This document shows positions 1 through 17,948 of a stretch of DNA of 64,000 nt, in pieces. The DNA comes from Trichoplax adhaerens (taxonomy: Eukaryota; Animalia; Placozoa), in assembly GCF_000150275.1 (NCBI RefSeq), contig NW_002060957.1, forward strand, positions 1,476,445 through 1,540,444, in the 5' to 3' direction. Position numbers and translations under genes: made by a program. The notes beneath the pieces are model-generated. The model ran no database searches and was not told where the DNA came from. It saw nothing but the letters and a program-made list of their open reading frames with translations. Position 1 is the stretch's first letter. Each line of letters starts with the position of its first letter.

Positions 1-603
1 GCATGTTTGTATTGTATGGGCCAACATCTCCTGATAAAGAAATGAATGGTTGCCAGTTGTTTGTAATTGCTTGCGTATCACATCTTGAATGAGGGTGTCT
101 CTTTGAGTATCAGTCCATTGCTGGCAAGATTGCTTCTTGCCCAGTGGTAGCGTTATAGATGCATTGCATGTATAAACTCGTTGATGGAGTTGAATGATAT
201 CCTTCCATCTTTTATACTCGATATTAGGGCGTAACGTATCATTAACCAGGCGTTGGACAACAATTCTTTTACCGCTATCACGGTAGCCTTCAGTCACTCT
301 GCCCATAATAGTGACTAAATCACCTAATTTGCAGTCTCGGATTTTATCTCGATCTTTCCACAGCGTGCAAGAAATTCTGCCGGTACCATCATCCAGTACA
401 ATTTCGTCCAATTTATTTTTCTTGACTACGCTGACAACATCTCCCATGATTTCCACTTTGTAAATAATGTGGTCGTGATAGAGGTAGACGTTGGTGAAAT
501 CTTTGACAGCCAATAAATGGTCGACATCTCGAATCAATAATTTGATATGAGCTGAAAAGAGAGGATCTAGTCCCCAATAGATTGGCGATGCAATGGTAGC
601 CAT
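1..603 (-). CDS. STN1: CST complex subunit STN1 (OBFC1), N-terminal OB fold; 3' part lies outside the window; probable extra 9-nt first exon at 1121-1129
   Basis: Stop-free frame from ATG 603 to the window edge: MATIASPIYWGLDPLFSAHIKLLIRDVDHL...YLYHDHIIYKVEIMGDVVSV...VLDDGTGRISCTLWK. It matches the STN1 N-terminal motifs WGLDP.F.A..KL.IRD and DD.TG.I.C..WK. Absent from the ORF track because no stop falls in the window. Confidence 0.88.
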   Translation of the reverse strand, partial: MATIASPIYWGLDPLFSAHIKLLIRDVDHLLAVKDFTNVYLYHDHIIYKVEIMGDVVSVVKKNKLDEIVLDDGTGRISCTLWKDRDKIRDCKLGDLVTIMGRVTEGYRDSGKRIVVQRLVNDTLRPNIEYKRWKDIIQLHQRVYTCNASITLPLGKKQSCQQWTDTQRDTLIQDVIRKQLQTTGNHSFLYQEMLAHTIQTC

Positions 604-1211
604 GGATTCTTCCACGTTGACCTATTTGAAGTGGTAAGCAACTTGAACTAGTGGAGTAATTTATAAGCTGCTATCATCATCATCATCTTGCATAACAGAT
701 CAATTCCACCTATAAGAAATTGAGTTCATAAATAAGTTGTGTGAACACTTGAACGGCAGTGTTTACAGTGGAGACATTACTGTGCATCGGAGTGTGACAA
801 TCAGTTCAGATTGCTTTCTGCTTGTAGTTACTATATCCAGTCGACTTGTGCACAGTTCCTATGTTGAGGCGAGCTATATGTTACCTTGAACAAGGGATTC
901 TATTCTAATCAATTATTTATCTACCCACCAAAACAACAGCAACAGCAACTGTACTAACAATGCTAACAGTAAACCGAAAGAGAGGCGAATAGGCAGCAGT
1001 CGTTCAAGCATTTAATAAGGATACGAGCTAACAATTTGCTGGTTATCTCAACTAAAGTGTGTATCTAAAATGATATCCTCAATGTGTCCACGATAGGCAG
1101 GCCAACGATGAGCTGCTTACTTGCTTCATTACTGAATTAATTGATGGCTGATGAAACTTTATTATCTATCGATTCAATCTATATCATGTCACAAAATATA
1201 TATTATATTAT
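590..1211. repeat. Copy 1 of a ~620 bp direct duplication (STN1 5' end, intron and leader)
   Basis: Co-linear with 12276-~12899 from 'gcaatggtagccatggattcttccacg' onward; roughly 95% identical by eye. Confidence 0.95.
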
Positions 1212-1237
1212 ACAGGGCTGCGGCTGCGTTTACTTTG

Positions 1238-1248
1238 CCACGTGACAT
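1238..1248. promoter_or_regulatory. E-box (CACGTGAC) in the STN1/SMC5 divergent promoter region
   Basis: ccacgtgacat lies just upstream of the putative STN1 first exon. Motif match only. Confidence 0.25.
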
Positions 1249-1335
1249 CACCTTCTATTTTATTTAATAAATTTGGCAAAGTTATCTTCTATCTTGATAA
1301 TTTTCCCTTTCCCTGATTTGAATTTGAACTTCGAT

Positions 1336-1885
1336 GTGTACACGTGAGTGTACAGTACACAGTACTGTACACTCACTATACTGTACACTGTACACTGTAC
1401 ACAGTGTACTGTACTGTGCTACTAGTAATTAGTGCTGTAGACGTCGAGCGATTGGACGCCCAACGGACGTTCGATTTTGGACGTTCGGTATGTACGTTCG
1501 TTGTCAGATCGGACGTCGACGAACTGTACTGTACAGTGTACAGTGTACAGTACAGTGTATACAGTCAGTTTGTATAATCCCACCCCAATACTATACAGTA
1601 CAGTAGTACAAACGTCTTTTACAACACTTTGTATTTCAGAGTCATGACTACAGTATACTGTACGCTGTTACGTACTGTACTACTGTACTGTATGTACAGT
1701 GTACAGTGTACAGTACAGTATAGTATAGTCTTATACCATACTGTACAGTGTACACTATATACTGTAGTGTTAACACTGTACACTGTGTACTGTACGTTGG
1801 TACGTTCAATGAACGTCCGACGTTCAAATTGGACGTTCGTAAGTTCGTTCATTAAAACTGGCGAACGTCCACAGTACTACTAGTA
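1336..1885. repeat. Low-complexity palindromic TGTACA/ACTGTACAGT/CAGTACTG array with interspersed GGACGTTCG/GAACGTCC motifs
   Basis: Directly visible; explains the spurious YTVHCT-type ORFs at 1344-1883. Confidence 0.9.
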
Positions 1886-2835
1886 ATCAGTCACGGACTA
1901 CTAGAAGAGAACCGTGCCGTGCCGGTCCGGTACTCAGCTAATCAATCACAGTGCCATCTTCCGTAGGCTTAAAAATCGAAGCAAAGATCTTTCAGACTAG
2001 CTCGTATTGAGTTGAAGACTGTTCGCGTGCTTTGGTAGAGCTTCTGGCTATTGATTAAGTAGCTCGACTGTTTGTGTCGAGTTATATTGAGATTATTGAC
2101 ACGCTCCATGTCCGACTGTCCCGGAGTCTGTCTCTACAAGGGCGACAAACGAGGAAGGAGGGGACAGAGGAGGGGACAGGCCACTTTCGATACAAAATAA
2201 AGTGGAGGCTGATCATTTTTCCGCTCATTCTACTATATCGTATCAATGAAAGCGTATAACTAGATCATACTGTACAAAACCAACTTAGCAGCAGTTTGCA
2301 GCGAATTTGGATGCGATTAGTAGAGAGTATAGCAGCTATTTCGCCTCGTGAAATGGTCTGAGTAGCGACTAAAGTCGTCAAGCAAAGTTACGCGCCAACA
2401 CGTATTTCATCACTTGAAGAACAAGTCGCAGACTGTAGAGATTGTATGGAATGCGCAGCTATGTTTGAGATGTCATGCTAATACAGTGTGATTGAACTCC
2501 AGCCTCGTCATGCTGCTGATAGCGATGGATGATAGTGTAGTATGGAATCTTCAGACTGTTTGAAACAGCCTACTCTGGTGCAGGCCAGATCGGCTGGGAT
2601 CGTGTCTGGATTTCCGCAGTCCGTAGCCCGACCCATTCTTGTTGCCAGTTTTTAACAGCAACTACAGTGATCAAGCTCGACGACTGGCGGCGCTTCCTCC
2701 ATTTTTCCGATCGTTACCGCTAGAAAAGCCTATAGGATTGGCTTATCCTCTAGAATCGACCGCTTAATTAGTCTGCAATTGTTAATTATGACTTGTTGAT
2801 TAGTGGTGTCTTGATTTTATGCCTTAATTTTGCTA

Positions 2836-10241
<7,406 letters not shown>

Positions 10242-11384
10242 AATCGTCAACATCAGCGTTATATCACCATTCTTCTCTTGTATTTGAAAAGTGCATGGAA
10301 GTTGTTAATTATAAAGATATGTGGTTCGAGCATGATTTTATGTTACGTAGTGAATTATCGAAGTATTTAGTCTTGTAGCTTACTCTACCAACATGTGTGT
10401 GATTGGCCATTCGACCATGATAGTTTTGGGTCGTTTGTTATTGTTCTTACAGGATTTTGCAGTTGCACCCAATCGTGGATACCGACATAGTGTAATGTAT
10501 CGCATTTACTGATTACCAGAAATAATTTGGCCATTAAAGTAATCGTTGGTGAATGTTTAACATCGATAAACTATTTCAATGGTCATGCTGGTGATGTTGT
10601 TTTATGTACTATAAAACTAAGAATAAATTATTCGTTCCTTCAACATTTGTATCTTGTATTAATTCTATTTGGTGGAGTGTTACTTTTTTGTAACGCTTTT
10701 AGGTTGATTGATGCTATCCCGCTGCTAGTGATTTTTTAATTTAATTAAACCTGAAGCAGTCAGCGCCTGCTGTATGCATAACAAGTGTGTAAGCACCAAA
10801 CAGCTGAGTAACGAAATCGTGGTCGTATAGAATGGATAAATCAATCGCTATCTGACGATTTTTGAAATGTCGACAAGAAGGTTTTTAGACGTACTATATA
10901 TATACTGTAGTAGTTTGCGTTGATTAGCGAGGTTACCTACCTTTTCGATTTCAGTCGAATTTCTTAGCGAGAATAGAGTTTGGAAAGCATAATAGTTTCA
11001 GTAGGAATCTTATCACGTAGACATTGCGCTACTTATATATACACTTATAGCGAGAATATGTAGAAAAATGGAACGGATAGTATATGTGGGAAGCATGACT
11101 AGCACTGTCCAAAAATTGAATATCAGTAGTCCGAATCGCAGTATATGCTTTCTAAACTGCGCTTTACTGATCCCTACATCTGATTGAGTAAAAAGATGAT
11201 TAGTTTTAGGTCGTTAACAACAATAACGATGCAAAACTGGTGATAGCAATATGTTTCCTAGAAAAACAACTTTAACGGATGTTATCAAAAGTAAGCGCTC
11301 ACATTCTCTCCTGTTACAATAACCGAATCCATTTATGAAATTGAGCACTGTACTGTAGGTGGAAGCTAGAAATTTTTCTTGCGT

Positions 11385-12250
11385 ATTGACTGCTTCAAAT
11401 AGAGAAAGCAAGAGAGTGCACATATAGTACTGCATCATTCTACAGTATTGTACAAGTTTCAATTGAAGGCATTCTTAATGACCACTTTTATTTAACTTAA
11501 GGAATTAATGCATACTGTCTCTTTTTTGTCATGCAGTCGTAAGTCTCGCTGTGCGACACTTCTTAAACTGGTATGACTGATTGAAGAGAAAGTGTTTCTG
11601 TAGTACTATACAAGTTTCAACTGAAGGCATTATTTATGATCATTTTATGCTATCAATCAATATATCTTGTCTCTTTTGGTTATCCAGTCGTAAAATCGCG
11701 GTGAGATACTTCTTTTCTTGGCAACACTGCTTCAAGAGAGAATGCACCTACAGTACTGTACTGTCCCAGTAATAAGCAGCCAAGATTGGAAACTTTTTCC
11801 AATTTGATATTCAAGACATACCCTCGTATTTGAGTGACCATTGGTGTAAAGAATCAATGCATACTGCCTTTCTTTTGCTAGTCTCAATGAGACATTTTCT
11901 TTCCTAAGATATGAAATTTTTTCATAATCTCCATTTAAGGCTAGTACGCGTACTTGAATGACCTTTTTATGCAAGAATCAAATGCATACTGCGTTCTTTT
12001 GTAATCCAGTCATACAGTCTAATAAGTGAGACACTTCCTTTTGTGGCAGGACTGCTTAGAGAGAGAGAGAGAGCGTCTACAGTACCTATCAGTAAGTAGT
12101 CAAGACTTGTACAAGCATATTTAAACGACCATTTCATGTTTAGAATGAAATCATGCTATCCATCTCCTTTTGTAGTTTAGTCACAGAGTATCCGTGAGAC
12201 ACTTCCTTTGGTAGCAGAACTGCTTCTCTCTCTCAAGAGTGTGTCTACAA
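11385..12250. repeat. Degenerate tandem repeat, ~150-170 bp unit, ~5 copies
   Basis: Recurring 'aatgcatactg.ctctttt...cagtcgtaa...gtgagacacttc...actgcttcaagagag...ctacagtac'. Confidence 0.75.
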
Positions 12251-12899
12251 TATGCAACGCAATGCAATTGCGTCGGCAATGGTAGCCATGGATTCTTCCA
12301 CGTTGACCTATTTGAAGTGGTAAGCAGCTTGAACTAGTGGAGTAATTTATACACTGCTATCATCATCATCTTGCGTAACAGATCAATTCCAGCTATAAGA
12401 AATCGAGTTAATAAATAAGTTGTGCGAATACTTGAACGGCAGTGTTTACAGTAGAAACATTACTGTACGTCGGAGTGTGACAATCAGTTAAGATTGCTTT
12501 CTGCTTGTAGTTACCATATCCAGTCAACTTTTGCACAGTTCCTATGTTGAGGCGAGCTAGGTGTTACCTTGAACAAGGGATTCTATTCTAATCAATTATT
12601 TATCTACCCACCAAAACAACAGCAACAGCAACTGTACTAACAATGCTAACAGTAAACCGAAAGAGAGGCGAATAGGCAGCAGTCGTTCAAGTATTTAATA
12701 AGGATACGAGCTAACGATTTGCTGGTTATCTCAACTGAAGTGTGTATCTAAAATGATACCCTCAATTTGTCCACGATAGGCAGGCCAACGATGAGCTGCT
12801 TACTTGCTTCATTACTGAATTAATTAATGGCTGATGAAACTTTATTATACTGTATATAAATTAAGTCTATATCATGTAACAAAATATATTATATTATAT
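12245..12899 (-). pseudogene. Truncated duplicate of the STN1 5' end (copy 2 of the duplication, 12276-~12899)
   Basis: Retains ATG-AAG-CAA|gtaagc (12812-12804), the acceptor and ATGGCTACCATTGC. It then diverges at 12275 and stops at TAG 12247-12245. Confidence 0.8.
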
Positions 12900-13110
12900 G
12901 TATTATATTATATATAGATTAAATCTGTATCATGTAACAAAATATATTATATTATATTATATATAGATTAAATCTATATAATGTAACAAAAAATATATTA
13001 GATTATATATATTATATATTATATATAAATTAAATCTAATCTATATAATGTTGCAAAATATATTAGATTATACTGTACAGTATATTATAAACTGTACAGT
13101 ACATGATATT
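12848..13110. repeat. AT-rich tandem amplification (~45-60 bp unit, ~4 copies)
   Basis: Repeated 'tagattaaatctatat(c)atgtaacaaaatatattatattata'; a single related unit is present at 1170-1211. Confidence 0.85.
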
Positions 13111-13233
13111 ATTAGTTGAAACGGTTGCGTTTCGTATCCACTGTAGAAGTCCATAACATAGGCAAGCATAAATAGTGTCACTCTAAGAGATAAGAATAAC
13201 TGGCCAAGGAGGACAGATATTTTCAGCGGTAGT

Positions 13234-13415
13234 TACTGTACTGTACTGTACAGATGTGGTTTTTGCTCACTGCACACGTACAGTACTTTACACTGTTGAC
13301 TGTTGGGTACTATACACTGTACAGTGTACTGTCCAATACTGTACGTCCATTACAGTACCTGTCATGCCCTTTACAGTACTGAGTACTGTGGGTTACGGTA
13401 CTGAGTACTGTACGG
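13234..13415. repeat. Second TACTGTAC/CAGTACT low-complexity block, upstream of CACYBP
   Basis: tactgtactgtactgtacag...acactgtacagtgtactg...gagtactgtac. Confidence 0.75.
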
Positions 13416-14474
13416 TCGGAGGCTGCATCATGGCCTGGAAAACATGCTGGAAAAACGGAGACATTCTAATGGAATGCATGAATAACGAAGAGTCGATGCC
13501 TTTTCCCATAGAATCTTGACATTCTCAGAGATTCCTATCGGGACTCTCCTACATTACTCTATTTATCATCGAGTCAACTTTATGACAGTCTTGGTCAGCC
13601 AATAGTCAACAATGCACAAGTTTGATCCACAAAGTCCAAATCTCAGAAATTTCTAGAATGAATCGAATGATTGCAGTCCAAACGTACCGCAACAGGAACT
13701 CGTACTAGGCAAACTACCGGTCGTCTACCGCAATGGACAGTATAATACCTCGGGGTATTGATCCAGTCTGTACCGTAATGTCCGTCAGTCCAATACAATT
13801 CCAGTCGGTACGAGCAAACTTGTTAAAAGACAAGTCGCAGTCGGTCCAAGCCAATTTTGCCAGTCATCTCGCTCGAGCTAGTGAGGGAAAGAGCTGCAAG
13901 CGTAGTTGTAATTTTTTGCTTCCTTGGTCAAGCATTTCACTCCAGTGATTTGTCCAACCTTGAAATTTGTGACCTATTCCAACCACTTATTGTCAAATTG
14001 TTAGCAATGGAGGTAATGTGCAACTTGTATACAGTAGTAGTACACTTGTTATTGGTGGGCTATTTGGCAACCTCATATACAGCTCTCGGTGGTCTATTCG
14101 AGATTGAATCGTCTCGATTGATTGGACAACCTGGTTGCAATTCATTTTTCAGGGCCAGGATAGGATTCGTCATCGAGTAGTGGAGCATAGCATTTTGTAG
14201 TCCACTGTATACTGAGGCAAACTGCTTTCTTATAGTCCACCGCTGTACAAAATAAGAGTGTAGACAATCTATAGTTAGTAGCCATTACCAATGGATCGTA
14301 CTCGTAGTATGAAACTTTGATGCGATTCTTGTCGTCATCAATCGGTAATGCATTACTTTACTACAAAGCACCTTGATACATAATGGACGAGTGCCATCGT
14401 CGATGGACGAGACGGGACTTGGAATAGACGATCAGCCTAACTGAGGCTAACTCTTGGATCTTTTCTTTTACTAG

Positions 14475-15706
14475 GAAGAGATTATCAATGATCTTAAAGA
14501 ACTCATCCAGTCTGCCAAGACCCAGCATGTCAAGCAACTTTTAACAGGCGAATTAGCAAAAGTAGAAAATAGGAAAGCGACTACAGCTCGAAAAAATGAA
14601 ACTGCTGTCAACAAAACCAGTATAAAAGCGGCTGCAAGTGTAAAGAATATTGATCGATACGGTAAAAATGACAACTCCATTTGCAACCCATGATTATGTA
14701 TTGTAGACTAGCTTTCAACATGAGTGAATACACTTAAATGATTTGAACCTAAAGTAATCGGGGTAGGTAACACATTATACGTATACTCTTCTTTGGCTTA
14801 CACACAGGATGGGATCAGTCCGATAAATTTGTTAAATTATACATCTCTCTCAGTGGAATCAATGCTTTGCCAAAAGAGCAAATTAATGTCACTTTCACCT
14901 CCAGGTCAGTAATTGCATTAATAAAATACAACCTGCTCTTGTGGATATTCGCCTGAAAGTGTTGGACGTTTAATATCAATGGATGAAAATGACTTACTTT
15001 TTATCTCAATCCTATTTCTTGATGGTTATTTAGCTCTATTAGTCTTTCTGTCGTCAATTTCAATAACAAGAACTATGCCTTAAATATAAAGGGACTCTTT
15101 GCTAAGATCGTTCCAGAATCGAGCACATTCAAGGTGAATTTATATGCTGTACTACCATACGCGTATCGATAATTAAAATGTAGACCATAATAAAAGGAAT
15201 AAAGTTACTGCCATTACTATAAAAACCATTGCCAGGTTCTGTCATGATGCTCTAAATGAACCACAGTTATTTTATTATCAAGTGGACAATAACATGATCT
15301 AGTCGTATTATCGGGTGGTTCATTTTAATCTTGATTCAATTACCTACACTATTATCGTCTGCTATTAGGTGAAAACAGATGATATCGTCGTGAGTATGAA
15401 GAAAGAGAAAACAAGTGAACGCTGGTCTCATTTAACAAAGTCGGAGGTCAAAGAGACAGTGTAAGTCACTGAACGTCATGCTGTTGATCCGCTTTATCGG
15501 TACATGTCGCTAACTCATTCATATTAACTATTCATAAAACTTATAATGTTATTAGTAAGCCAGAACTAAATTCAAATGAAGATCCTTCTAAAGGTATTAT
15601 GGATATGATGAAGAAAATGTATGATGAAGGCGATGATGAAATGAAGCGAACCATTGCTAAAGCGTGGACCGAATCGCGAGATAAAAGCATGCAAGGACTA
15701 GCATAG
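14475..15706 (+). CDS. CACYBP: Calcyclin-binding protein / Siah-interacting protein (N-terminal helical hairpin, CS domain, SGS domain); start-codon exon unresolved, probably near 14290-14345
   Basis: Spliced: EEIINDLKELIQSAKTQHVKQLLTGELAK...VKNIDRY|GWDQSDKFVKLYISLSG...|VKTDDIVVSMKK...|...EDPSKGIMDMMKKMYDEGDDEMKRTIAKAWTESR; stop TAG 15704-15706. Confidence 0.93.
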
Positions 15707-17948
15707 AATCAATTCAACTGGCTATTTTATGCAACTACGGCATTGCTGGAAATAAAATAGGATTCTCCATTTAGATGTATCTGTCAAATACGCATTATCT
15801 TATGGCATTAGTGATAGTGTTGTTCGCATTCACTGTTTATTATCGTACTGTTTTCGCACTTTTTTCAAATTATACTTCCATGACTGTAGCCTACCATTCC
15901 CATACTGTGATACCATAAGTCATTTCGTAAGTATGATTACTGCCGTCAGCGGCCAAATTGTATTCTTGCAGTAGTTCGTATTGAAGCTTTTAATAAATTT
16001 CATGTAAATTTGTAAGAGTACCTCGTACTAAGAATTGTGTGATTATGTAAGTAATCGTTTTCATTAAAATTAACCAAGTTCTTAAGATATGGTATTTGAA
16101 ATAGATTAGGGCATTCTTTTGTTGTATATGTTATACTCAGGTAGCTAGCACATGCATAGATTAAAATGATTACAAATACTGAAAACCACCTATCCTAATC
16201 TACAGTAAAAGCATTAGTAGGTATTACAATCGTCTTACATGATGATGATTTATTTGCTCATATTGATTTTATGTCGTTTAAGTTCATACTCGTATATATA
16301 TACTGCGGGCAGTATTGCATATATACATATTCCATATACGCGTATATATACACATACAGTACATACATATACTCATAGAATATAGATGTCCCATTGGAAA
16401 AACATAAATAGACCTCAGTTTAAAAATTTTACAAAAAAAGTGCAATGTTTATCATTTGCAACTTATGCAAACGACTATTAGGGTAAATACCATTCAGCCA
16501 AGTAATTGACAGCATTATCGCAATATAAAGCTATTCCTTCGAGAAAAATGGTTACCGAGAGTGACATTTTTGTAAGGTACGGTACATAAAGTGAATTTCA
16601 TATTTAGAGCAGATACGTACTATTGCTATTTCAAGGGTCAGTAACGTTACCACAGTAATGATAACCACCGTTGTAATTAAGGAAAATTTGAAAAAAAACA
16701 TCAACTAAAGCGCAATCTAAAAGGCAATATTCAAACTACAATACTAGAAATATAACTTTAAAATACAATTACCGCAAATAAATCAAAGATCATAAATTTC
16801 ATAGCTGCTAATGTTTACTCATTTTATCACTTCTTATTAGCTAACTTTTGAAAAAATGATCTATTTTGTCAATTTTCTTTGCTACAATTAGATACCTATA
16901 AGCCTTTAGACGGCGCATTGCGTACCTACAATGATCTGAGATATTTGATAGTACACCGTAAACAGATATCGAGGACATTCCGTAGTAATTTATGACTGCA
17001 ACAAAACAGAAATTCGACAAACTCGTATTTGAAATAGTACGTTACTGCTCCATTGAGATTGAGATACAAGTTATAACAAGTATGGAAACAAAAACAAAAA
17101 AATAATAATAATAATTGTTGCAATTCTAAACAATCATGACGGCAAAGAATAGTCACAAATGCCCACTACTCTAAATGCATTTAGACAGATGCAAGCCAAG
17201 ATCGCCTATTGAGTGGAATATTACACTATACAGTATCTGAATTAAAGCCGATACAGTGATACTTTTGTAAATACCTTGAATTGGCTAGCCATTCTCCAAA
17301 TGATTAGCAATAAATTAATTAAGAATCTGCACTATGGCAATTTTTAAATCAAAATACGATCGTACTTGAAACGATTCTAAACGCACTCAACCATAGTTTA
17401 TGTTCAAAAATACAATAGCGAAAATTTGCAAACGTAAACTGGTTGTTCATATTGTTGTATTGTTGTATATATATAGCACTACTGACTAACAATTCAAAGT
17501 TATAACTGCAACATGTTGCACGAAAAATCTATTCTGCAATACCGCTTTAGCTATTATTTAGGTTAACATTACATCCTCAATCCCATTAGGGAAACTCAAT
17601 TGATAATAAATATTACAAAATATACAAAGTTATTGTACCACATTTAAAATAAATAAATCAATACTTTCTTTTAAATCCAGTATTGAAATTGACTTAAGAA
17701 ACATCCGATGCAAGTTAATTTTTTATCATTACAATGTTATTAGACAGTAGACACTGTATTTCAAAATAAATCCCAAACAAGATGCTGAAATTGTATTCCA
17801 TGGATACTATGAGTTGCACAGGGTAGTAAAGAAGATGAAACAATATCTAGAAGCTTCAATGTCGAAAGGAAATATCGACATTTCGATTTAGAACCATACA
17901 AAGCCTTTCTGTCGTTGAATCGTTGTGATAAATGCAAAAAAAAATCAG

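Noticed and set aside
1344-1883. Three ORFs rich in Y/T/V/C (also 13256-13519)
   Set aside because: Translations of the palindromic TGTACA repeats, open on both strands; no protein signal.
13733-14180. ORFs 13733-13948 and 13857-14180
   Set aside because: No domain features; they lie in the probable CACYBP promoter/5' region.
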